NCBI GenBank assembly: GCA_000708835.1 | Contig: DF237486.1 | Span: forward strand, 1 to 62,089 | Length of the DNA stretch: 62,089 nt | Reading direction: 5' to 3' | Origin: Klebsormidium nitens | Lineage: Eukaryota; Plantae; Klebsormidiophyceae | Part shown: positions 34,601 to 48,500 of the stretch, one piece after another | Layout of the letters: every line of letters begins with the position of its first letter | How positions within the stretch are numbered: the first letter of the stretch is position 1 | Notes under the pieces: model-generated | What the model saw: only the letters and a program-made list of their open reading frames with translations | Database searches by the model: none | Told to the model about the DNA's origin: nothing | Program-made: the position numbers and the translations under genes

Positions 34601-36586
34601 AGATTCTGAAAATGGAAAAAGGCAGGAGGCAAATAGACGAAAGTAACTCACATTCTTTATAGCTGTCGTCAACTCTTCCTGCACAAACGACTCCTTGATC
34701 TCAGACATGTATCACATAAACAGCGGCAAACATGAAACAACACAGAACGAACCGCACACTTGGCAACAAATTCTCTCTTTGGCAACCAAGGCGGCAAGTT
34801 TTCGCTAAGCTTGACAATTTGCATCACATGGGCAGTGATACCCTGCACTGGCTCATTAAGAAGATTGCCGATGAAGTCAGGCGAAGACATTACGACGATA
34901 ACCAGTCTGGTCGCCTCCATATACTTAGCCCCTCTTTCGCAGCCGAATGCATCATGGTGGTGGTACTCTATGAGATAGTCAAATTTCAGACGCATTGCTG
35001 TACACGACACGGTACGTCCTCGGAACTAGCTAAGTAGCTTACTGCAATAGCTTGGCAAGCCGAGCATTCACTCTCAATCGCTTCAATGACCTGGAATGCC
35101 AACATCAAATTGACGATCAGAAGCGCCAAGCATATGCTCCGTCCCATATTTACCAGCCTCTGTCAGACCATCAGATCATGTCAACGGAGTCCTTGGAACG
35201 CTGTTTTGAGCGAGAGTCAATCTTCGTGAAAGGAGAGTGACAGGTGACACGCGGCCCCTGGGCCTCAGGGCTTCCTGCGCTACAGATGTTGTTCTCTCCT
35301 TGCAAATTGGCAACTTTGTCTCTACTCGAAGCGAGTCGCACCAGGATAGAAAATTCAAAACGGTTGTGGCATAAGCGGAGGGGGAAAGGACACTTTCCTC
35401 GCTCATGAAAGTATTTTGAAATACCCTGGGAGAAGAGTCGAGGTGACTTTGACTCTCGAGCGCGCGCCTCGTGTAGGCTTACAACTACCCGGGAATTTGA
35501 TATGTCAGCCGCTGTTGGCCTATTACTAATACAAATTGCTTTGCGGTCTCTCAAAATTCTGCTGTTGTAGAATCAACTCTGTATCTGGCAGATTCCTGAC
35601 TGTATCTGGCTCTCCGTCTCCCGCCAAATTCTCGCCGTTGTCTTGTGAGAAGATGGCTGGCAGGCCCAGCCTAGAATAGTAGCATGACTCATTCCTGTTC
35701 AGGGGCGCCGTCATTGCTCAAAGGACAGTCCGAGCCATTTGCCACATGAGAAGAAGCATTGTCTTCAGCCTGATCATAGGCGCACATGGGCTGTTAGGTA
35801 TGGTTGCTGAACCACACTTGGGAGGCCACACTTGGGTGGGATTTCACGTCGACCACGACAGCATACTTTCCGCTTAAAGTTCAGCACCTTGCTGCCCAGG
35901 TAGGAGGCGAATCATTCATCAGGCCGTTTTGCCTTGCCTGCTCTTTGGTTGTAGGAAAGTGCTCGACTTGCAGATGTCCTCTAGGGTGCAGGCACCACGC
36001 CGTTGTGAGAAACGTTTTAAGGTTTTTTTCTAGTAGCAAGGGCCCATAGGCAGTGTGCGTTGAAGCAAGACTTTATATGCTGTTTCATTTCGAGACCGTC
36101 GCATTTTGCAGAAAGCATGAGAAGTTGCCAGGTTCCGGGCTCAATGCTGGAGTGCCTCTTTGGGGATTTCTCAAGGGTTTTCAAAGATTGGAGCTAGGGT
36201 GTTCAGTACTTCCGTAAACTCCACCGCAGCTCCATCCTTCTTGAGCTGGCTTGACGTTGGCAAATAGGATAAGCTTGAAAACAGCTGTAGGCATATCAGT
36301 TATGGTCGAGCAATCATGGTACCGTTGGATAATCAGCAACCCACTCAACGGGCCACATCCAATTGGAGCAGTTTGACAAGGGTTTCTCGGTTTGTTACTG
36401 TAGTTGGCTGCCCCTCTGGAAAGCCTTGTGAGCCTCCTGATTGCTCGCAGCCTACGATTGCTTGATCCCCTTCTCAGCCCATGCCACGAATGGCCCCAAA
36501 GATGACACACTATGCGGCAACGACAAAATATTTCAGAAAGCATTTGCTCAGGTTCCCTTCTTGTGCTTGGCTGCGCAGTTTGAAGC

Positions 36587-39500
36587 ATGGCGTCTAGCGA
36601 GGAGGACATGCCGGACCTGGCGGAGGACAGCTCAGGGGAGTCCGAGGACGACGAGAAGCCCGACACTCGGCAGAAGTACCCTGCGCACCAACCTCAAGCC
36701 CCTTTCAATGCCAAGCCCTCAGCACAAGACAATAATGCCGACGATGATGACGACCTTCCTGAGTTGCTCGATGGTGAGGCAATCTGCAGCAGTGAAGCAG
36801 AAAGACTCCAGGAGTGTTCTTGTAGAGGTCGTTCGTTCCTCCGCATGGTGGCTTTCTTTGGGACTGCAAAAAACGGGTCTGGCCCAGTTGGATAATTTCC
36901 TTTACTTGAGTGGTTTGAGGATCTGAAGAAAGGATTCGGTTCCAGGGGTTCTTTGTGCTAGCGCTGCAGCATTGATCAGAGCCATTAGTTGAGTGTGCTG
37001 TGTAACAGATAGGGCGAGCCCAATTGAGTCACTAGAGTGTTTTCTGTTTGCAGGTGGGAGTGATGAGGAAGAAGACGACGAAGACGATGACGAGCCCCCC
37101 CCGCTGGTGGGCGAGTCTGACGAAGACGAGGACTCCGATGATGAGCGGAGCAACGGACGGGGTTACAATAAGACGGTCAGCTACCACTTCAGTTCAAACC
37201 CTTTCATGTGCCCTCTGGGAGCTGCCAGGAGAGTTGGCGTGGTAAAGGCATGCTTTTGTCTCAAGAAGATGATGCACTCTGGACCCTTACAGGGTGTGAG
37301 AAGCAGTGGAGTGCCTCGTTGCCCAGATCTTGATTACATAGACGAGGATTGTGAACGTTTTGGTTAACCTCAAAAACTGGACACCGCCATGCAGTTTGCT
37401 TACGTGATCCTTATCAGTTGGAGCTTGAGTTTCGACTCGAAGCCTCTTATACTTTGGGCCTTCTGCAGAAACCCGATGGGCCATCTCTGCCGGGCTTGAA
37501 GGCGGGCTTCTTTGCCAAGCCCAAGCCCCCACCCCAGCCTGCCCCCCCGCCTGCGCCAGCTGCCGCTTCGAGACCCTCCCCTGCGCCAGCAGCCGCGCAA
37601 CCCCAAGGCCCCTCATCCTTCAGTTTCAATTCTACTCCGAAATTTGCGGCCAAGGCGGCCCCCCCGCCTGCTGCCAAAGCTGCGCCCCCGCCGGCGGGGA
37701 AGCCCCCACCCAGGCGGAAGGACGGAGAAGTGGAGGAAGCGTCTGATGGGAATGACTCGGAAGAGGTGCCGGACCTGTTGGAAGCGGTGAGCTGTCTTTA
37801 ATGCAAGCAGCATCTATGCGCTTGCTAGCCCAGTCTCTCAATCTAAAGTTTATTTGCAGTACTCTCGCAAGCTGTGTCCGCCCATGCTATTTTGCCGATC
37901 AGTGACATAATGCATCTTGCGAATGGAAACAACACGAGTGTCCATGCATATGCCAGCTGTCCGCCCCTGTTATGACTTTAGTAATGTCCTTCATAACCTT
38001 GTCCTTGGTTCAACAGGATGACGAAGACGAGGACTCGGGGTCGGAACCACCCGACAGTGAACCAGAACAGGAGTCAGACGAGGAAGAAGAGCACGCCCGA
38101 CCAACCTACGGTGCGCAGCGGGGGGGCCCGCGCAGGGGCAGCTTCTACCCCGACTTTGAGTCGGAGGAACGGGCGATCGAGGAGCGACGGAAGCGGGAAG
38201 CAGAACGGAAACGGAAAGAGGAGGAGCGGGCGCGGGAAAGAGCCGAGCGGAAACGGAGAGAACAAGAGGAGAAGAAGCGGCGGCAAGCGGAGGCGAAGAA
38301 GCGCCAGATGGAGGACGCGGCCGTTTACGCAAACTCTCCCGAGGCGCGGGAGTTGGCGGAGCAAGCGCGGCTGCGCGCCGAGGCGGAGATGGAGGAGAAG
38401 CGGCTGCAGATGGGGCTCGGCCCGCGCGAGAAGACGCTGAACGAGGGCGAGGAAGAAATTGGGCCGGCGTACTTTTGCCGGGGGACGCACTGCCCCGGGA
38501 ACCAGCGCATGCTGACGAAAACACAGGAGTACATCGAGTTCCGGTGCACGGAGCGGTGTTTGCTGCTGTACCACACGGGGGATTGTCACCGGAAGGACGT
38601 GAAGCTGAAAATGGAGAGAGAGCACGGGGTGTGGAAGGAGGAAGAAGGGGCGCGCTGCATCACGCCGGACTGCCCAGGGACGCTCACCAACGGGACCAAG
38701 TGGAACAGGTTCGGGAAAGTGTCGTACCAGGTCAGTGCGCACCGTCGCTGGTTGGTGTTTCGTATCTAGAACGGGCGATATGTGAATGTTCCGACGTGCT
38801 GCTTTTCCGCTATGATAGCCCTCAGGGGCTTGTATCGGCCTGTCTCAGTGTTCGTTAAGCCAGTCGCAGACATCCAACTTCGTCATCTTCCTTAGACGTT
38901 TCTTTGGCACGCTTCCTAGAAGATCTTTTTCTGAGAATCCAGATTCGAAAGGCAGTGAAGTTTGTACTTTCACGGAGGTCCAGGATTCTTCAGCTTCGTC
39001 TGGTTTTGGCGGCTAACCGCATTTGCCGCTTGCCCCAGATCATCGACCCCGAGAAGTACGAGAAGAAGCGGCGCGAGAAGGAGCGGCTGCGCGCAGAGGA
39101 GAAGGCGGCCAAGCAGGCGGCCAAGGCGGCGGCGGCGTCAAAGCGGTCCAAGAAGCAAGAGAAGCACGACGAGGAGGAGCTGGAAGGCTTCGCAAAGTTC
39201 CGGCGGTCCACGAAGAGCCGAACGTTCACGAACTTCAGCTTCCAGGGCGCGACACAGGCCGTCGCCACAGACACAGCCGCAGAGCCGATCCCGGAGGAAG
39301 CCCCGGTAGAAGCGAAGGAGACCAAAGCAGAGGCAGAGGAGGCGCCCAGGAAGAGGGGCAAGAAGAAGAACGCAGATGGGGGGGCGCCGGTGGTAGAGGC
39401 AAATGGGGGGGCCGGCGGGGCGGGCTCGAGTGGGGGGCACGAGGAGGGCAGCGGGGGAGGGGGAGCGCCGGGCATCGCGGTACTGGTAAAGGCACCCCTG

Positions 39501-42500
39501 GTAAGTTCTCCCGACAGTATCATGCACCAATGGCTTTTTAAAAATGCCTCCAGTAACCTTGTCGTCGCGTGGATCCTCAGCAGACATCTACTCCACGCCC
39601 CAAGAGCATCTGTGCTTACCATACATTATTGGAAGCTCCTCTGCACTGCTTACACGGATGTAACTTTTCGGCCAAGCAGAGCCCTTTCAAAGGATCGGCC
39701 AAACCTTCCAAGACCAAGACAGCAACCGCAAAACCCATCGTGCCTTTGGAACAGCAACACCTTAAGGATTGCCATAGTTTTGCCCTAGTCCAAGGTGATG
39801 ATTCCGATTATCTAGGCATCATCCAATGCCCATTTGCGGCCACAAGGGTTCAATAATCCAAAAAGGCCACCGGAATTTCAAAAACTGTCATAATCAGCCT
39901 CAAAACGCGTTTCCAGACAAACACTACAGCAGTCAGATTCTGGTCGGAAGCACCATTGATTTCCACCTTCCTATGCTGGATTGTTGGAGAATGAATCCAG
40001 ATCAAGTCATTTGGAATCGTCACTACTGTGTACGGCTGTGTTTGTGATGTCAGCGGCCGGTGGCGGAGCGCGAGCTGGATGACGGGGAGGTGACGGAGTA
40101 CCGCAAGAAGGAGGACGAGGACAACGTGTTCACGCTGGGGAACAAGGACCGCACCAAGGACAAGGGCAAGCAGAAGGTGAGAAACGGGAAACAGGAACAA
40201 GAGGACAACGATGAGAAGAGGGCTAATGGTGTTTCTCATCCCTGGCAACCAGAGGGCCTTTCGTGGGTCAAAGGGCACAAGCAACGGCGTTGGGGGACCT
40301 ACGTGTAAAGCATTGGTTTTTAAGTCCACTTTACTTTGAGAAGGTGAACTTGTTGACATAGGTTTTAGGCACCAGCTCACGACATACGGAAGGCCTCGTC
40401 ACTTCTAAAAGTTCTTGACTTTTTCCAAATCAAAAAGGGGCCGGCATGCCCGGCGTTTCGGAACGTGCATGCTACAAGGGGCGTGTGCTTTGTCAGCTGC
40501 TCACCGAACGTGCGGAATCAAACCAATTGCCCGAATGCTTGGGCAAAGGAACAACGGACCGTTGGTAGGAAGTTCCGTAACTTAGAAAACATGCGGCGAA
40601 TCCAATCCGATCGAATTGAGCCCGCCGCAATTTGAAGACCGAGACGATCGTCCCACGGGGCGACCTTGCCCCGCCTTGTGCCCTGCAGGTGGACGCCGTT
40701 CCGGAGCCCCCTCCCGCCGCAGCCGCCAAGGGCAAGGGCAAGAAGAAGGGCATGACGCTGAGCATCAACGAGTTCATCACCTCCGACGACCCCGATCCGC
40801 CGCTCTCTTTGCGCCCGCAAGGAGCCCCGAGCGCTTCCCGCCCCTTCATCAACGACCCGGGCNNNNNNNNNNNNNNNNNNNNCGACTCGCACGGACCGCC
40901 GATGCACGGAACTGCCGATGCACGGACCGCACATGCACGGACCCCCCATGCACGGACCGGTTCCGGTGGTCCACAGGCAGCCCCAAGAGGACTTTCCGGT
41001 AGGAGTTGCTTCCCTTCAGGCTGCGGAAACGTGGGAATGTCGGCTTGGAAACGGGCATTGCCTTCGGTCGGCCTCTCGTCCCTTTTTTGTTTGCTGGAAA
41101 TAATAAAGAAGGAAGGGCCGGATGCAGGGCGCATTGGAAGTCCAAGTAGGCAAGGACCTGTGTCGCACGGTGTCTACTCTGCGGGAGCCCGTGTGGCGGT
41201 AGGTTCGACATCAGACAATGCTTTGTCTTTCGATGATGGGATGCAGCATACTGTGAGCGGTTTTGAAGATCTCCCGCGGTACCCACTTTCACATCGACTT
41301 GTTTCCTTTCTACCCAGGAGCTACACAGGGGCCCTGGCGGGACGGCCACGACTCCAAGCGCCCCTGGGTTCCAAGAGCGGCCCAAAGACCCATTCTCGCT
41401 GGCGCTGGACTCGATCCGTATCCGGGATACGGAGGTGAGGGACCCATTTAAAAGGGGCAACCAGAGGATCTCGAGAAGCTGGGTTCCCTTTTCAAACGCA
41501 AGATTCTGACGCTGTCTTGGCGTCCCAGCCAAATGCTGAATTGTTTCCGGAAAATTACTCACAATTTGCAGAGCGGACGTCGTAGTATCTGGTGCATGTC
41601 GATACTCTGTCAATAGCTCTCTGTGCCGGCAGCACTGTCACACATTCATTGCTTGCAGTCTGGAGCTTTCCATCTGAGGGAGACAGTGATACACATCCTT
41701 TTGCGCTGCAGCCGACGCGGCATCTGGTGCTGGAGGACGTGGACGGTCGTGCGGACGACGAGGAGATTCGGAGCCTGCTGTGGGAGTATGGCATGGTGGA
41801 GGAGATGACGCGCTTCCGGGGCAGGGAAATTGCGTTCGTCACCATGAGGTAAGCGCGCCCGTGAGAAAGCTTTCAGCAGGGAACATGATCAATAGAAGCT
41901 GACGTCAGCGTGAAACTGTGAATAGGCGCAAGCTTTTAGCTTTCCTCCTGTTTCTGACAGGGAGCAGCGGCTTGGTCTTGTTCTGTTCGCAGCCAAGTTG
42001 GCCAGAGGTCGCTGCGTCAGCGTCCGTCTTTACTCGATTTCGTTGGTGCATGCTCAAGTTTGTTATGGATGCCGTCAAAGTCCAGCCATGAAATAAGACA
42101 TTGCCACATGTGCGCTCCAGTAACAGCAGCTCACCTCACGCGCACTGGCGCATCTTGTGAGCATATTTGGCCGAGCGTCTTTCTTCCTGCTGCTTACAGT
42201 CCTGCTAAACTCTTATCGGTGCCACGTGCAGAACGGTCGAGGAGGCCGCCTCCGCCCGGTTACTGCTGCCCAACAGGAGCCTCAAGAACCGCAAGGTCAA
42301 GCTGGACAGCGTCAGCCAGGTCAGCGCCAGCCCCCCTCAGTCGCATTATTGCCCCAGTGAACGCTGTTCTGTTACGCCATGTTGAAACCAAGGGCAGTGC
42401 TCAGAGTCCTGGTTTTCAGGTTACTGCTGCCCGATGGNNNNNNNNNNNNNNNNNNNNNNNNNNNNNNNNNNNNNNNNNNNNNNNNNNNNNNNNNNNNNNN

Positions 42501-45500
42501 NNNNNNNNNNNNNNNNNNNNNNNNNNNNNNNNNNNNNNNNNNNNNNNNNNNNNNNNNNNNNNNNNNNNNNNNNNNNNNNNNNNNNNNNNNNNNNNNNNNN
42601 NNNNNNNNNNNNNNNNNNNNNNNNNNNNNNNNNNNNNNNNNNNNNNNNNNNNNNNNNNNNNNNNNNNNNNNNNNNNNNNNNNNNNNNNNNNNNNNNNNNN
42701 NNNNNNNNNNNNNNNNNNNNNNNNNNNNNNNNNNNNNNNNNNNNNNNNNNNNNNNNNNNNNNNNNNNNNNNNNNNNNNNNNNNNNNNNNNNNNNNNNNNN
42801 NNNNNNNNNNNNNNNNNNNNNNNNNNNNNNNNNNNNNNNNNNNNNNNNNNNNNNNNNNNNNNNNNNNNNNNNNNNNNNNNNNNNNNNNNNNNNNNNNNNN
42901 NNNNNNNNNNNNNNNNNNNNNNNNNNNNNNNNNNNNNNNNNNNNNNNNNNNNNNNNNNNNNNNNNNNNNNNNNNNNNNNNNNNNNNNNNNNNNNNNNNNN
43001 NNNNNNNNNNNNNNNNNNNNNNNNNNNNNNNNNNNNNNNNNNNNNNNNNNNNNNNNNNNNNNNNNNNNNNNNCAGAGTCCTGGTTTTCAGGTTACTGCTG
43101 CCCGATGGGATTTGTGCACAGAAGGCTTTGACCTTGCTGAGGATGCCCATTTAGGAGGAGGGTTTCTGCTTCCCTTTATCAAGACCTGGAGGTTCGTCGC
43201 ATCACAGAATCGTGTCACATCTGAGAGTCTGTTGGTTTGGTCACATTTCGCCCAACCAGACCGTCAGCAGATTGTTCGCATGACGTTCTTGAAAGTGCTC
43301 CTGGAAATCATCTTGACTCCGTTTTATGATTTACCCTCATATTGCTGATTCTGCGCCTGCAGCACCCGTCCCCCTCTTTCTTCGCCAACTACCAGCCCCA
43401 GTGGGCCGCTCACGACCTCATCACCCCCCGGACCAAGCGACCCTCCCCTCTCGCGGCGCCGTTCATTCCGGGGGGGGCGGGGCCCTCGCACCAGTCTCTC
43501 GACGGGTCGGAGCAGTGGGAAGAGTTCGAGTGGAGCGCAACTGGAGAAGACGCATTTGCCGCCGGCGGCGCGAGCGACTGGGGGAGCGAAGCCCCGGTCG
43601 GCAGTTTCGGCAGCTCCGGGGGAGAATTTGGATTGCGAGCAGCCGCCGCGAGGGGAAAGATGAAACCGGACGCACCGGAGTTTGTGCCGAAGTCGGTGCT
43701 TTTAGCGCAGACGAAACAGGAACCAAAGAGTGAGGCTAAGGCAGAAGCGAGCGGTTCGAAAGGGGAGAGCAGCGGCGCCGGGTCGAGCAGTGAAAGTGCG
43801 AGTTCTGCGAAAGTGGAGGAGGCGAGCAAGCGGCCGGTGTCCGCGCCAATGGACGAGAGAGAAGCAGTGGCGGGGATAAACGAGGCGAAGGGAAAAGAGG
43901 CTGTGGGGGAAAAGGAGACAGCGGATCGACCAGGTTCAGCGCCGCTGAGAGCGAGTGACCAAGCGAAAGGAAAGGGGATTGCTCTGGAGGAAGGGCGGCC
44001 GACGTCAGCGCCGAAAACGACGCCGCCGGCGGGCAAGGATGCCGGCACGGAGGAGCGGCCCACTTCCGCGCCGACCGCGGCCTCACCAAAGCGGAACGGA
44101 ATGGCAACGGAAGCGCTCACCGGGGGGGGCTCGTTCTCCAAGATGGAGTCGGCGAGAGACACACCGGCGGCAGGAACGTCCGGGCGAGAAGCGCTGACGT
44201 CATCAGGGGCGGCCAGATTGGACTCTGCCAGGGGCGTGCTGGGATCGGGCGGCGCGAGAATCGAACCGGGGAGAAGTTTGTTGGGACCGGGAAGTGGTCG
44301 GTTGGAGTCAGCGAGAGACCTGCTGGGGTCGGGGGGTGATACCCGGCCGCGGAGCACGTCCCCAGTGGTGCCGCTGCCTCCGTCCCTGCTAGCGGTGCAG
44401 GCGGGGCGGCTGCCGATGCTGAATCGGCCGTGCAACTTTGCAATGGGACAGGTGAGGCGGCTCCGGGCTGTAAGTGCTGTGGCGATTTCGGCAATGTGCG
44501 GTATTGTGAAAGGTTGGATGAGAAGCTTTGCGGGCAATCTTAAATCAAGACGCTTGAATGTCCTGACTAGTTCAATGCATCTGAGGTCATCCCGAGTCTT
44601 CGTTTTCCATGTTGGCATGCAAGCAGGTGCAAGCAGGGAGTGTGCTTCCGCAGGCTTCCGCTGTGAATTCAGCAGGGCCTACTCAAGATCAAAATTCAGG
44701 ACTTTTTCGTTTCATGTGGCTTCACGGAGTTGGCCTCTGGTCCGGAAGTTGAAATTTCCGCACGTCTGCACGTGGTTGGTTGTATCGTAGTATTGGCTCA
44801 GGACACTTATGAAGACTGTGTCGCACCCACCGAACCAAATCCCGGAGCGAATCCAGACCCCGTCTAAAGCGGAGTCCAGGAAATCGTTCTCTTGAAACTC
44901 CCTTACACAATCTTGCAACGACATTCGAATTCATATTTGTGTGCGTTCTTTGCCGCCAGATCATCGCGACGACAGCAGAAACGCTCAAAGTTCAATAATA
45001 AGAACCTTCGAATGGGATTGTCTCAAACTCTGTGCGCGCTCCTTGCCTCCAGATCATCGCGACAACCACGGAGACGCTGGCGCTGTACCAGGACAGCATC
45101 CGGCTGGACAGGGACCACCTGGTGCAGGGCTGCCAAATCATACCGCACGCGTGCGCGCTCTTCCTGTTCAACATCGAGGAGCTGGAACTGCACGGTTTCT
45201 ACGAGGCCACCTCCGGGTCGTACCTGCAGTGCCGAGACCCATGTCAGTTGTATTCCTTCTTTGCATTTGTTTCTTCCTGTTCGTCCTTGCTTGCCTCGTA
45301 TCCATGTCAGCTATTTTCCCTTCTTTGCATTTGCGACTTCTTGTTCGTCCTTGCTTGCGTCATATCCACGTCAGCTTTCGTTCCTCTCTTTGTTTGTTGG
45401 TCCTTATTGTTCCTTGCTTTTCCTTGTATGTTGACTTCGACCCATCTTGGCGCTTCAGCTTTTCCCCGGCTCTTACGCTGACTCGATTTGTCTGCAATAC

Positions 45501-48500
45501 TCTCGTCTTGCTTCAGCTTACATTTCTCAGCAAGTGGACGTCATCTGGTTCTTGATACGCAATTTCGGGATTTGTGGCAGCGTCTCCTTTCTCAACTTCC
45601 GGATCTTGTGTTCTGCTAGTTCAATTCGAACTGCTTTGGGAGTCAGTGTCTATTGCCCCTCTCCGCTTTGTTGTCCGTTCCGGAAGCAATTTACCGACTA
45701 GAATTCAGGAATTCTGACTACCTTCACCTGCTCTTTTTCCTTCAGTTCACCAAATTGTGCAAACACGTCTGTCACCTTGAAAGATGTCCTGACCGAAGTT
45801 CGACATGAAACGTCCGTCCACTTCCTCGTTCAATCTGGAAGTGTTGCTGACGGTTTCTGCACTGAAGCAGGACAGCTTGGCGAAGTCCTAACATTCATAT
45901 CGAGATTGTGTTCTTTTGACAGGTGATCGTGCTTTCTCGGACAGATGATTGCGGGCATAACGACAAAAAGGGTTCAAAAGCGATGGCCCTCGTTGTCTTT
46001 CGTTGCTGCCTTACTTTCGCCAGATCTTCCTGCTACAAGAACTTGCACACTTGCAACATGAAGCGGAGGACACTGGGACGTTAGCATGACCCTAAAACTC
46101 GAGTTCTTTCCTGACTGCTCTCCCTTTGCCTGCGCAGACACGGGCATCATGTACGGCGTGGAGCAGCCCCACATCGCGTTCCGTTGCGTGCGCCGCTTCC
46201 CCGTCCCCCTCGGCCGCACCGAGATCGAGCCGCTCCTTCCCCCGGGCTGGTGGAACGCTGACACGTGGCTGCTTCCCCTGGTCCTGCCAGCGCTACAAAC
46301 CGAGATGCTGCTGCTCCTATTTGAGGACAAGGCCGAATACGAGGAGCGGAAAAAGCGGGGCTTCGCCGAAGAACTAGAGGGGCAGCTGGAGATTGCGCAG
46401 GCCGCGGCGGGGCCCCCTACCCCGCCGCTGCCCTCAGGGATCCCCCGGCCGACGCCCGCGAATGCGGTGGTTGCCGCGCAGAGTCCCCCTACGGCAGCAC
46501 CCAAGGAGGAAGCGCTGTCGGCGTCTGCTGCGGTCCCGGCGACCATCGCGGCAGCGGCCCGGGGCGCGGCGGAAAATGGAACCGGAAACAAAGCGGCGAA
46601 CGGAATGGTTGAGGAAATCGGCGAGGGAAGTGGGTCGGCGGGAGCGAAGACCGAGATTCCAGGTGCCAGCTCGGGGGTGCCGGAAAAAGCGCCCGTGGCG
46701 AGTGCGAGCGGTTTGCAAGCAGCCAAGGAAGATCGGCCGGCAAGCGCAAAGGCCAGCGGAACGGAAGCGCCGAAAGCAGAAGCGAACGGCCGTGTGGCAA
46801 CCCCCCCGAAAGCGGCGCCGGCGCAGCCCTCCTCTTCCGGCAGCGCCAAGGAGCCCGCCGCTAAGCCAAGTTCGCCCTCCACCCCCCTCTCGCCCCAGCC
46901 TTCTCCATCCCCCCTCCACGAAACCGCAACCAGTGGGCGCGGGGCCCCCGATGACATCACCAGCATTCTGGCTGAGATCACCTCCGCTGCTTCGGGGTGG
47001 GGTGGTGAAAGTCCTACTATTCAGCCGGCTGCGTCCATCCCCCCGAAAAGCGCCCCCGGCAACCCCCGGACTCCCCCTCCTGGCGTTCAAACGGAAGAGC
47101 GGGTTCCAACCCCCCAGAAACGGGAAGGAGCGCGGCCGGCGAGCGGGACACCGGGGGCGGAAGAGCGCAGCACCTCGCTGCCTACGGAAGGAGGGGGGGC
47201 GAGCACAGCGGAGGCGGCGGCGCCCAACATGCAGTCGATCCTGGACATGCTCCTGCCCAAGGTGAGGGCAGCTGAGAGATTGGGAGAATAGCAACTCTCC
47301 TTGACTGAAGAATTGCACAGTTGGTGGAATTGGGCCGGTTCAAGATTGGCATCCCCTTCCTTCTATCCAGGTGGTGAGTGTTACTGTTAGAGCGTACAGC
47401 AATCCGGTCCGTGTCGCGTTTTTGCGGCCTGTTCGGGACCAGCCCGACGTCGGAAGTTGAGCAAAAGTGGCGCGCATGCTTTGTCTTCCTTGTTCGTCCG
47501 TAGATTAAAGTCCTTCTCCAGAGTAGCACTTCGGGTTTGCTCGTAAAGCGGGCACACTTCCAAGTACCTACTTTGCGTGGCCCAAGCTTCGAGCAACGAA
47601 AAGGCTGGGCGACGTTCTCCATTTCCCAGTTGCATCTCCAACTTCGAAGCTCTCTTGCTCTCTCTTCTTACCTTTCCTCTTCTCTGTTGCCAGGCTGCCC
47701 CCTCTGCCCCTGCGCCAGCCCCTCCCGTCTCTGCTCCCACCCCCCGCCGGCGTTCGCCCCTACCGACCCCCTGTGAAATACAACCCCCTGGGACAGGCGC
47801 CCCCCTCCTCCAATGGCCGCGTCTCGACCCCCCCGGCCCGAGAGTCCCCACCCCCCCTGGTCGACGAGCGGACCGCGTGCAAGCTGTGCTGGGTGCGCAA
47901 GGCGGACTTCTTCATCAAGGAGTGCGGTGAGTGCCTCAAGTGCACAGGACAGCAAGGACCATCTTTGAACATGCTTGGTTCGTTCGGTGAATCAGGAAGA
48001 GTCGTTTCCGTTTAGCAGACTCGATGACTTTGAGAGTTCCATTTAGCAAGCTAAGCCTTTTCAACTTGCTTCCTTTGACAAACAAGAAGGTTGAGCAGTC
48101 TTGACAAACATTTTGATAGAGACGGGCAGCTTTCCTTGCGATGCACAGGCGTACTGCTGCTCTTGCATGGTTGTACGGTTTTGTTCTTTGAAATCCCGAG
48201 CAGACCTGGCAACCAGACCTGGCAACCAGACCTGGCAAGACTGGGGTCATTCGCTTGAACGGCTATCGTGCGCAACTTTCGCATTAGTTGACAAGGAAGC
48301 AAAAGCTCTGCTTACATGGACCAGAACACTGTTGCGAACTCGGACGCTGCGTTTCAACGCTGTGCTTCGCTTTATTGTCAAAAAGAGTGCCAAACAATGG
48401 CAACACTTGACAAAGTCTTGCTCGCTTGCTCGACTCCCTGCATACATCCCGGTCTGTGCGTCTTACCAATAGCATTTCTCTCCTGCCCTCGTCCTTGCAG

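Noticed and set aside
34669-35010. TIR-domain remnant (RLVIVVMSSPDF)
   Set aside because: Only one short motif resembles TIR; the other TIR boxes and a continuous frame are not found.
6974-43348. Long ORFs that run through N gaps
   Set aside because: Their length is an artefact of translating Ns.
21176-47318. Long antisense ORFs (21176-21994 +, 43410-44618 -, 45974-46981 -, 46434-47318 -, 38074-38742 -)
   Set aside because: They are shadows of GC-rich, low-complexity exons on the opposite strand.
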